Assembly (NCBI GenBank): GCA_964496775.1
Contig: CAZCBC010000003.1
Coordinates: 1 to 41,524 of the forward strand
Length of the DNA: 41,524 nt
DNA from: an uncultured Oscillospiraceae bacterium
GTDB lineage: Bacteria; Bacillota; Clostridia; Christensenellales; Aristaeellaceae
Direction of reading: 5' to 3'
Of this stretch, positions 26,606 through 34,833 are shown in pieces (positions within the stretch are counted from its first letter, which is position 1; every line of letters starts with the position of its first letter). The position numbers and the translations under genes were made by a program. The notes beneath the pieces are model-generated. The model did not search any database. It was given only the letters and a program-made list of their open reading frames with translations, and was not told the origin of the DNA.

Positions 26606-28015
26606 ATGGAACGCTTAAAAAAAATCGGGCGGATACAGCCTGCAAGCGCAAGGGAGATTGGTCCGTCACGGCTGGGAGTCGGCTTTGAAAAGTTGGATCG
26701 CAAAGCTTTTGATCCCAGCAACGCGTATGATAAGGTTGCAGAGTTGGGAGTGCATTATGTTCGTCTGCAATCCGGCTGGCAACGTACGGAGCGCGAAAAG
26801 GGCGTTTATGATTTCGCGTGGCTGGACGAAATCGTTGATAACATCCTGGCACGTGGACAAGAACCCTGGATAGATCTATGCTATGGCAATGATTTATATA
26901 GCGCTGATGCCCGCAAGTATTACGGTGCGGTCGGCTGTGCGCCGATCTTCTCCGATGAGGAGAAAAAAGCGTGGGAAAATTATGTGGAAGCCTGCGTGCG
27001 ACGTTACCGCGGCAAGGTTCGCTGGTATGAAATATGGAACGAGGCGGACGGAAAATGGTGTTGGAAACATGGTCCCAACGCAGCGGAATATGGCGATTTT
27101 ACCGTCGCCACAGCCAATGCAATCCACCGCGCGGATCCGCAGGCTAAGGCGATTGGCGGTGTGTTGTGCTTCATTCAAATGCCATTCTTCAAGGCCATGT
27201 TTGACCGTGGCGTCGCAGACGCTGTGGACGCTGTATCCTTCCACCGCTACAATGTGGACGAGTTGAGTGCGCTTCAAGAAATTCGGGCGTTACGTGCGTT
27301 GATTAATCGTTATAATCCGCGCGTACAGATCATTCAGGGCGAATCCGGTACACAGAGCGATTCACGAGGATGTGGAGCATTGCGCGGCGGCGCATGGACT
27401 GAGTTAAAACAGGCTAAGTATACGCTGCGTCACCGCCTGCTGGACCTCAGCTCCGAGGTGGTATTCAGTTCTCATTTCAGTGCGTTGGATATGGTTGAGG
27501 CATTGAATGGAACGGTGGGTGACAAAAGCTCTTGGCTGGATTACGGGTATTTCGGACTGCTGCATGCTGATTTTGACGCTGACGGTGTGGCCTGTGGTAC
27601 CTACTCCCCCAAGATGTCCTACTATGCAATGCAGCATTTAACAGCGATTTTCCGTGCGGATGTAAAGCCCACCGACCTCCCGATTATTCGCAGGGTAAAG
27701 GATTCACCCCGGGTCTTTGGCAAGGATGATGGCTCCAGTCGGTTTATTATGCTGGGCTTTGAAAGGGATAACGGCGCACAGGCGCTGGCCTATTGGAAAG
27801 CAGTGGACCTGATAACGGAAACCTATGATGGAACCGTGACATTGGAGTTGCCTGAAGAGAGTCGGGAAATCCGTTTAACAGATCTGATGACCGGTGATAT
27901 TTACGAACTTCCCGAAAGCATGTTGACGCGAACCGAAGGTGGCATAACCCATCTAAATCATCTGCCCCTAACGGATAGTCCGATTCTAATCACCTTTGGT
28001 GATTTTATCCGCTGA
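26606..28015 (+). CDS. Clan GH-A glycoside hydrolase, GH39-like, copy B
   Basis: 'WYEIWNEADGKW' carries NEA in place of NEP, and 'QIIQGESGTQS' matches the candidate nucleophile segment. Collinear with 13162-14589. ATG at 26606 has a GAGGAGG RBS; the ORF-track start at 26588 overlaps the upstream gene. Confidence 0.65.
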   Translation: MERLKKIGRIQPASAREIGPSRLGVGFEKLDRKAFDPSNAYDKVAELGVHYVRLQSGWQRTEREKGVYDFAWLDEIVDNILARGQEPWIDLCYGNDLYSADARKYYGAVGCAPIFSDEEKKAWENYVEACVRRYRGKVRWYEIWNEADGKWCWKHGPNAAEYGDFTVATANAIHRADPQAKAIGGVLCFIQMPFFKAMFDRGVADAVDAVSFHRYNVDELSALQEIRALRALINRYNPRVQIIQGESGTQSDSRGCGALRGGAWTELKQAKYTLRHRLLDLSSEVVFSSHFSALDMVEALNGTVGDKSSWLDYGYFGLLHADFDADGVACGTYSPKMSYYAMQHLTAIFRADVKPTDLPIIRRVKDSPRVFGKDDGSSRFIMLGFERDNGAQALAYWKAVDLITETYDGTVTLELPEESREIRLTDLMTGDIYELPESMLTRTEGGITHLNHLPLTDSPILITFGDFIR

Positions 28016-28028
28016 AACGGAGGTACCT

Positions 28029-28898
28029 ATGCTTGCACTGGATATCGGCGGAACCTTTATCAAATACGCACTGACAGATGAAAGTGGTACAATCCTGCCC
28101 GAAACCGTGGGACAAGTGCCCACCAATGCCGAGGGAAACTATGAGGACTTTCTTAATGTGCTGGCGGAGATTATCCGGCAGGCGCGCAAGTGGCAACCAT
28201 TTCATAAAGCCAGCGTCTGTATTGCAGGTCCCTTCGACTTTGACCAAGGCGTAAGCATGATGCAGCATAAGTTCAGAGCAGTATACCAAAAGTCGCTGCG
28301 GCCGCCCTTTGAACAATCTGGCGTAGATGTGAGTTTTCTTCATGATTCAACTGCCTTTATTCTTGGCGAAGCTTACGATGGGGTGCTTAAAGGCTGGAAA
28401 GCCCCCTGCTGTGTGATGCTGGGAACAGGCCTTGGTTTTGCGTTTATGCGTGATAACAAGGTGTGTGTTAACGAAAAGCGAACGCCCGCTCTCATCCTGT
28501 GGAACATGCCATGGCGAGACGGGATCGCTGAGGATTACGTTTCCACAAGAGCCATTCAAGCATTGTATGGAGAAAAACTTCCGGTCAAGAAGATTGCAGA
28601 GTTAGCGCGGCAGGGTGATGTCAAAGCTACAGAAGCATTTAAGCAAACTGGCAAACATCTTTCAGAAATCTTGAGGAAAATAATCCCCAGACTAAGCTGT
28701 GACTGTTTTGCGTTGGGCGGGCAGATTGCCAAATCGGCGGAGCTGTTCGAACTGGATGTTCCAGTCGTATGGAACGTTGCTAAGCACCTGGATGACGCAG
28801 CTCTACGGGGAGCCAGTTACTATGCCCTCCATGGACAAGCTGTATGTGAACAGGTGCCACAGCGTCTGTTTGTGGATACCGATGAGGTAAACGTATGA
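28029..28898 (+). CDS. ROK-like (ASKHA superfamily) sugar kinase, copy B
   Basis: Carries 'MLALDIGGTFIKY', 'VMLGTGLGF' and 'ALGGQIA'. ATG at 28029 has a GGAGG RBS; the ORF-track start at 27996 overlaps the upstream gene. No CxCGxxGC zinc motif. Confidence 0.65.
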   Translation: MLALDIGGTFIKYALTDESGTILPETVGQVPTNAEGNYEDFLNVLAEIIRQARKWQPFHKASVCIAGPFDFDQGVSMMQHKFRAVYQKSLRPPFEQSGVDVSFLHDSTAFILGEAYDGVLKGWKAPCCVMLGTGLGFAFMRDNKVCVNEKRTPALILWNMPWRDGIAEDYVSTRAIQALYGEKLPVKKIAELARQGDVKATEAFKQTGKHLSEILRKIIPRLSCDCFALGGQIAKSAELFELDVPVVWNVAKHLDDAALRGASYYALHGQAVCEQVPQRLFVDTDEVNV

Positions 28899-29434
28899 AT
28901 TTCTGGATCAATTTTTTTGGGGTGCTGGGCATTATTACGACCGTGGTTATTTACCAGCAAAAGGACAACCGTAAAATGCTTCTATGGAAGCTGATGACGG
29001 ATTTGTCATGGATGATCCATTATCTGCTGCTTGGCGCCAACTCAGTTGCGGTTGTAGTGTTCATTGCGATTTTGCGTAGCATCATCCTGCTCTGCCGAAA
29101 GCATCGGTGGGCACAGAGCAAAGTCTGGTTATGGATATTTCTCGGCAGCAGCCTGTTCTTAAGCATTCTGGCATGGAAAGACTGGACTAGCCTGCTGACC
29201 ACGGTGTCCTCTTTAGTCTGCATTGTTGTATTCTGGATTGGAATTCCCAAGATTACAAGGATCGTCTCAATTCCGGTTGCGCTAATGTTTCTGATCAATG
29301 TATCAATAAACGGTTCACTATGGGGAACACTTTGCGAATCCTTCCTTCTAATAAGTGCCGTGGTTGGGTTTATCCGTATGGATCTGCGCAAGGACCAATT
29401 GCAAAAGAAACAAAATATAGAAATAAACAAGTAA
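28895..29434 (+). CDS. Small polytopic membrane protein, YgjV-like
   Basis: 179 aa with about 5-6 hydrophobic segments. The N-terminus 'FGVLGIITTVVIYQQKDNRKMLLWKLMTDLSWMIHYLLLGA' resembles the YgjV inner-membrane-protein family from memory. ATGA overlap with the ROK stop suggests translational coupling. Confidence 0.5.
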   Translation: MNFWINFFGVLGIITTVVIYQQKDNRKMLLWKLMTDLSWMIHYLLLGANSVAVVVFIAILRSIILLCRKHRWAQSKVWLWIFLGSSLFLSILAWKDWTSLLTTVSSLVCIVVFWIGIPKITRIVSIPVALMFLINVSINGSLWGTLCESFLLISAVVGFIRMDLRKDQLQKKQNIEINK

Positions 29435-29446
29435 AGGAGAAAAATA

Positions 29447-31249
29447 ATGAGTTTTATGTTCCACCCCTATCCCTATGTAGATCACAACGCAGTGAATGTT
29501 ATTTCCGGGCGTGGTGTACAGCCAGTAAAGGGTGTCATCCCTGTTGCCAAACGGATTATCGCATTGCTTCGGGATGGTAAAAACGTGGGGATCGATGCTT
29601 ATCCCGGTACTGATACCCATATTTTACTCAATGTGCTTAAGCAGGTCAGCGAGGGCGTAGCTTACGAGTATGTAAATCCAGCCACGTTGCTGAAACCAGC
29701 GGACGAAATAGCGGAAATGCTTAAGCCCTATCTGCCTGAGGACCGAGATGCTGACCCTGTACTGTTATATGGTCGTCGCTATATGGGGGGCTATGCGGGA
29801 TTGCAGGTGGCGGAAAAGATAACAGCGCTGAAAGATAAACTGGCTTCCAGTCACGGCGTGCTGGTACTGGGGCAGGGAGCCTTGGCACCGGAACTGCAAG
29901 ACAGCTATGATGTGCGCGTCTGGATGGATGTAACGCCACGCACCGCTGTGCTGAATTTTAAATTCGGCCATGTACGAAATGTCGGTGCAGGAGAAGACTT
30001 GCCCTATGGATTGCTGATGCGCCGCAACTACTACGTGGATTTTGAGATTGCTGTGGATTTACGCTGGGAGTTGATTCGCAGCGAAAAGCTAGACCTTTAT
30101 ATTACCGCCGATGTGCCGGAAGAAATGCAGCTTGTATCCTTTGAAGAGTTAAAGACTCTTTTTGAGGAACTGTGCGAGCGCCCTTTCCGCTGTCGACCAG
30201 TATATTTGGAAGGTGTCTGGGGTGGTTTCTATATTCATAAGCAGCGTAATCTTCCAAAGGAAATGAAGAACTGTGCATGGGTCTTCGACCTGATTCCCAT
30301 GGAAGTGTCCATCGTCGCCAAGTTGGGAGACAATGAATTTGAAACACCCTTCTTTACCTTTGTTCAAACGATGGGCGAAAGATTGTTGGGACGCCAGGCC
30401 ATGGAACAGTTCGGCGGCTATTTCCCTGTTCGCTTCAACTATGACGATACCTACCACGGTAATGGCAACATGTCTATCCAGTGTCATCCGGACGCCGATT
30501 ATGTAATAAGGAACCACGATGAGTTTGGCCGTCAGGATGAAAGCTACTATGTTTGTGTGACCGCACAGGGCGCAAAGACTTACCTTGGCTTTAACGACAA
30601 GAATAGCTGCGAAGAATTTTTTGATGAAGCGCGCAGAGCAGAGAAAACCCATGAACTAATCGACTACGAAAAGTATATTTACGCCCTTCCCTCTGTACCC
30701 GGAATGCAGGTTATGATTCCCGCCGGTACAGTACATGCTTCAGGCCGCAACCAGGTGATACTGGAGATTGGCAGCCTGACGATGGGTTCTTATACCTATA
30801 AGCTGTACGATTATCAGCGTATCGATCCACGAAATGGCCTGCCGCGCCCAATTCACCTGAAAATGGGCAGTGAAGTTATTCGTGGTGAAAGAACAAAGCA
30901 ATGGGTCAATGACAATCTGGTCAATCACGGCGGAACAGTTCGCGAGGGTAAAGATCAACACGGGAATCCATGGCAAGAAATCATTGTTGGCGAACACGAT
31001 CTGCTGTACTTTTCGCTACGTAATCTGATCTTCTGGGATAGAATCGAGGATGATACAGACGGTCTGTTCCACGTACTGGCGCTGGTGGATGGTGAAAAGG
31101 TACGGATTTCCTCCGTGGAAGATCCCTCCAAATCGTTTGTTATCAATAGCTTGGAAATCGCTGTAGTACCTGCGTCTCTGGGCAGATACACAATTGAAAA
31201 TCTGGGCATCGGTTCAGTAACGGTTCATAAAACGCAGCTGAAGCGCTAA
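29447..31249 (+). CDS. Extended (~600 aa) class-I phosphomannose-isomerase-type cupin protein, copy B
   Basis: Carries 'NMSIQCHPD', 'QDESYYV' and 'VMIPAGTVHASG'. Begins with the same N-terminal 'MSFMFHP' as copy A. AAAGGAG RBS. Confidence 0.7.
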   Translation: MSFMFHPYPYVDHNAVNVISGRGVQPVKGVIPVAKRIIALLRDGKNVGIDAYPGTDTHILLNVLKQVSEGVAYEYVNPATLLKPADEIAEMLKPYLPEDRDADPVLLYGRRYMGGYAGLQVAEKITALKDKLASSHGVLVLGQGALAPELQDSYDVRVWMDVTPRTAVLNFKFGHVRNVGAGEDLPYGLLMRRNYYVDFEIAVDLRWELIRSEKLDLYITADVPEEMQLVSFEELKTLFEELCERPFRCRPVYLEGVWGGFYIHKQRNLPKEMKNCAWVFDLIPMEVSIVAKLGDNEFETPFFTFVQTMGERLLGRQAMEQFGGYFPVRFNYDDTYHGNGNMSIQCHPDADYVIRNHDEFGRQDESYYVCVTAQGAKTYLGFNDKNSCEEFFDEARRAEKTHELIDYEKYIYALPSVPGMQVMIPAGTVHASGRNQVILEIGSLTMGSYTYKLYDYQRIDPRNGLPRPIHLKMGSEVIRGERTKQWVNDNLVNHGGTVREGKDQHGNPWQEIIVGEHDLLYFSLRNLIFWDRIEDDTDGLFHVLALVDGEKVRISSVEDPSKSFVINSLEIAVVPASLGRYTIENLGIGSVTVHKTQLKR

Positions 31250-31259
31250 CCACAATCAT

Positions 31260-31303
31260 AACGCCCCTTTTCAATAAAAAGCGAAAGGGGCGTTTGCCAT
31301 TTT
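31260..31303 (+). terminator. Rho-independent terminator ending the plus-strand operon
   Basis: Perfect 11-bp stem AACGCCCCTTT/AAAGGGGCGTT (31260-31270 / 31284-31294), 13-nt loop, followed by TGCCATTTT. Lies 10 nt after the PMI-like stop. Confidence 0.75.
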
Positions 31304-31380
31304 CAACAAGAATGGCTAACAATCTTTTGTTTCCTGTGATGCAGCACAATCTAACAGAGTATATATAAGGAGTAGAAGAT

Positions 31381-32568
31381 ATGCTAAGGCGCGTTTTAAG
31401 CGGTATTGACCGTAGGGAGCTGATGGATAAGGTCCTGAAGGGAAAACGGCTCGCTGTTGCCACGGGCGGAGCTGCCGTTGACCGGGAACTTAGGCACGTT
31501 GCGGATGTGTTGTGCGAACGCTATAAGGTTTGTAAGCTATTCAATATGATCTATGGTATTCGAGGCGAGTTCCGCTACGGAGAAACGACTCCGGTTTACA
31601 CGGATTTGGGCACGGGATTACCCGTTTACAGTATCTTTAACCGTGAGCGGATTGCACCGTCCGCAGAAATGCTGGAGGATATCGATGCCGTAGTTTTTGA
31701 CATCCGGGAAGCGGGTACACGCTTTTTTGAGTATCTACATTGCTTGGCCGCATTGATGCGAAGCTGTGCAGCATCCGGAAAAGAAGTAGTCATACTAGAC
31801 CGTATTGCACCGCTTGGCGGTGAGATCGTGGAAGGCACGGTTTGTCCTGCCGAGATGCATACCATTGTAGGCGATTTTGAGCTGCCGTCTCGCACGGCAC
31901 TAACCATGGGTGAATTTGCTCGCTATGTGAACGGCGAGTTTCATTTAGGGTGCATACTGACAGTAATTCCTGTGGCTGGTTGGACGCGCTCACTCTACTA
32001 TGATGAAACGGATGTTCCGTGGTTGTTACCATCACCCAGCCTAAATAGCCTAACGGCCAACTTGCTGTACGCAGGCTATTGCATATTTGAGGGTATTTCA
32101 ACAATCAGTGAGGGCCGTGGAACCAGCAAACCCTTTGAGTTAACGGGTGCGCCATGGATCGATGGTACCGCACTGCGCCGAGAAATGGAACAAAAAGGGC
32201 TGGAGGGTGTTCGCTTTGCAGATGTTTTTTTCAAGCCCTATGCTTCCAAGTTCGCGGGCGAAGTCTGTAGCGGCGTTCAAACGTTAATCACGGACAGGGA
32301 AACGTTTCGTCCCTTCCTGACGGCGCTGACGCTTTTAGAAACGATACGGGAAATGTACCCCGACAAAGTTGTCTATGCAGATTGTTCCGTAGGCCATGAT
32401 GTGGTGCAACAACCATCCAAGCCGGATTTTCACCTCTACTTGGATAAGCTGCTTGCTACAAGTGCGTTTTCAGAGGGATTCGTGACTGCCGCTGAGCTTG
32501 TAAACCAGTCAGCCGCCGCAAGAAATGCCTATATCGAAAGAAAAAGGCAATACCATTTATACGATTGA
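31381..32568 (+). CDS. DUF1343 / NamZ-like (GH171-type exo-beta-N-acetylmuramidase family) protein
   Basis: 395 aa. The pattern 'LFNMIYGIRGEF...TGLPVYSIF...VVFDIREAGTRFFEYL' matches the conserved DUF1343 N-terminal signature (PEHG-RG ... SLYG ... DIQDVG-R-YTY) from memory. AAGGAG RBS. Monocistronic between a terminator and a convergent gene. Confidence 0.6.
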   Translation: MLRRVLSGIDRRELMDKVLKGKRLAVATGGAAVDRELRHVADVLCERYKVCKLFNMIYGIRGEFRYGETTPVYTDLGTGLPVYSIFNRERIAPSAEMLEDIDAVVFDIREAGTRFFEYLHCLAALMRSCAASGKEVVILDRIAPLGGEIVEGTVCPAEMHTIVGDFELPSRTALTMGEFARYVNGEFHLGCILTVIPVAGWTRSLYYDETDVPWLLPSPSLNSLTANLLYAGYCIFEGISTISEGRGTSKPFELTGAPWIDGTALRREMEQKGLEGVRFADVFFKPYASKFAGEVCSGVQTLITDRETFRPFLTALTLLETIREMYPDKVVYADCSVGHDVVQQPSKPDFHLYLDKLLATSAFSEGFVTAAELVNQSAAARNAYIERKRQYHLYD

Positions 32569-32575
32569 CTACTAA

Positions 32576-34774
32576 TTAAACCGTTAGAACGATTACAGCC
32601 GCTTCGTCCAGCGGAAGCGTGACTGTAACCTCGGTTCCCACTTCCGTTGCTGCAACTGTACAGGTTATCTCCATCGGTTTGGGTTGGCGCATTGTCATCT
32701 GCCTGCAAGCGGGTGATTTGTCATATTCCCAAAGAACTGTAACGGTTCCGTGCAGTCCTTTTTCAGCAGCACAGGCAAGCAACATACCATTTGCAAGCGT
32801 ATATCGCCGGACCTGCTGTTCCTGCGGAGCACGAAGCAAACCAACCGTGTCTGTAAAATATCCTTGCCCATAATGCTCAAGCCACGCGACACGCAAAGTA
32901 ACGAGCTGCTTCAGCCGCTCGTATTGTTCCGGGTCGCGTCGCCAAGTATTATCCCATTCCAAATCATAGCACCATAAATATGCGCCCATGGTAAATGCAT
33001 TGTGCAAAAGTTCCGTGGAATGTCGGGCGATATGTTCCGGTCGCATTGCAGAGTTACGCCGGGGGTTCATCATATCTGCTAAAATCTGATTCGGGAAAGT
33101 ATATTTGTACACCTGCGGCATCCGCCCCTTAAAGGGACAGTGCAGTTCAGATACAAGTTGGCCGCTGGCATAGGGACCAAAGGCATCATTGCAACCCTCA
33201 AAGATTAGTGCCATGCCCTCCGGAGCATGGTCTTGTTGTATTTTGGCAAGCAGCTTGACATAACCCTGGTTCCATGCGCAGGGCTGATTGGTATGCTCCG
33301 CATGTTCTGGATGATAGCACTTGCAGGAGGTGGCCATGGCTAACTGGTCGAGATACATTCCATCGGCCCCGATCTCGTGAGTCATGTAGTAAACGGTCTG
33401 TGCCAGGTGCTCACGCCAAGCCGTATCATTGATGCACAGGGACGCGAAGGAAAACTCATCTGCGCCATATTTCTCAATGAGAAGAGAACCGTCCCGGTTC
33501 ATGACGGCGCTATGGCGAATCCGTTCCTGCTGGTCGGCAAAGCCAGTGTTGCAGAGCCGAGAATTGATATAGAAACACACATGCCCGCCCATTCTACGGC
33601 ATTCCGCCAAGGCATCCTTCAGCTCCTGTACGGTTCCCAGGCGGTGATTTGGTGTGTAGTGCGGAAAGCCATAGTCAAAGCCATTCTCGTGCCATCCAGC
33701 TAAAAGCAGATGATTAAAGCCCAATTTCTGCGCCTCTTTGAGTAATTCGGGAATATCCCGGAAGGTGTGCACAATCCCTCCACCCTGATACTGAAAATCG
33801 TAATGTGCCATTAGTCCGGGGCTTTTTTCAAACCAAGCAGGGCAATGATAGCCAGAATCGCGAAGTGAAAGTGTTTCAAACCAGTTGCGATAATCGTCTG
33901 CAGCCCAATGCCAATCCCCCTCGTGAAAAGCCAGTACACATTCCTCACTGTTCCAGACACCATTTTTTAGACCGGGTCTATGCAAGATAGCCAGACCAGT
34001 ACCGGGATAACTTTTCCCAAAAGACTCCATACGCAGTGCCTTCATGGTCAGGCTGCTGTTGCGGCAGGTGATGTAAATGCCTGTTCCTTCGGTTGGGTCA
34101 TAAAGGTCCATCCAGACCATAGAGGCCTGACCCGAATAATTGATTCGATGAACATAGGCGCCACGTTCATCCTGCTTGCCGGTTGCTTGTCCGATGTTGT
34201 ATTCGTAAATATATTCCTGCCATTTCCAGTGAATTAACTGCGGCTCAGAAGCTAACTGTTCGGTGGGGTTGTCGATACGGCAACCCGCAAAATGCGGATA
34301 AACCAACACATCATCTTGCCATGTCTCGCCCAGCCAGATTCCATCTATTGCCGGAAAAGCAATATCGTCCAACTCGAAACCGGTCTGGTTGTCCAATGCA
34401 AGTTTCCAATATGTGCGGCAATCTTCCGGCAACAAACAGATCGTCACGCGGGCGCTTAGGTTAATGCGAGCTTCCTCTGCCACAAGGAACGGAAAGTGCA
34501 TTTGGAGGGTTGCTTCTCGATCCCCCTGATTTACCATGATTTCCGGCTTGAGAGACGGGTTTTTTAGAATGTCGGCGTGCCTTGGCGGGTGAAAGCGAAT
34601 GTCTCCCGCATCGGTCAATAACAGCCCATCCAGCAGGGACCATGTGCGGCGTACATGGTTTTTAAGAATATTGTCGGCTGTACTTTCGCGTACAAACTCC
34701 AGCAGTTCACCACTGGACGCATCCACAGCCAGGGATACGATGCCGTTGGTCGCGTGTAAGCGGGACTGATACAT
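32576..34774 (-). CDS. Uncharacterised ~700-aa protein family 'X700', copy 3
   Basis: 732 aa. Carries 'GFNHLLLAGWH', 'GGHVCFYI', 'GADGMYLDQL' and 'ALIFEGC', collinear with copies 1 and 2. AAGGAGG RBS. No signal peptide. Confidence 0.55.
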   Translation of the reverse strand: MYQSRLHATNGIVSLAVDASSGELLEFVRESTADNILKNHVRRTWSLLDGLLLTDAGDIRFHPPRHADILKNPSLKPEIMVNQGDREATLQMHFPFLVAEEARINLSARVTICLLPEDCRTYWKLALDNQTGFELDDIAFPAIDGIWLGETWQDDVLVYPHFAGCRIDNPTEQLASEPQLIHWKWQEYIYEYNIGQATGKQDERGAYVHRINYSGQASMVWMDLYDPTEGTGIYITCRNSSLTMKALRMESFGKSYPGTGLAILHRPGLKNGVWNSEECVLAFHEGDWHWAADDYRNWFETLSLRDSGYHCPAWFEKSPGLMAHYDFQYQGGGIVHTFRDIPELLKEAQKLGFNHLLLAGWHENGFDYGFPHYTPNHRLGTVQELKDALAECRRMGGHVCFYINSRLCNTGFADQQERIRHSAVMNRDGSLLIEKYGADEFSFASLCINDTAWREHLAQTVYYMTHEIGADGMYLDQLAMATSCKCYHPEHAEHTNQPCAWNQGYVKLLAKIQQDHAPEGMALIFEGCNDAFGPYASGQLVSELHCPFKGRMPQVYKYTFPNQILADMMNPRRNSAMRPEHIARHSTELLHNAFTMGAYLWCYDLEWDNTWRRDPEQYERLKQLVTLRVAWLEHYGQGYFTDTVGLLRAPQEQQVRRYTLANGMLLACAAEKGLHGTVTVLWEYDKSPACRQMTMRQPKPMEITCTVAATEVGTEVTVTLPLDEAAVIVLTV

Positions 34775-34833
34775 AATAGTGCCTCCTTACAAATCGGACA
34801 ATAATAACAGGTATATATGCCTATTCTTTACAA

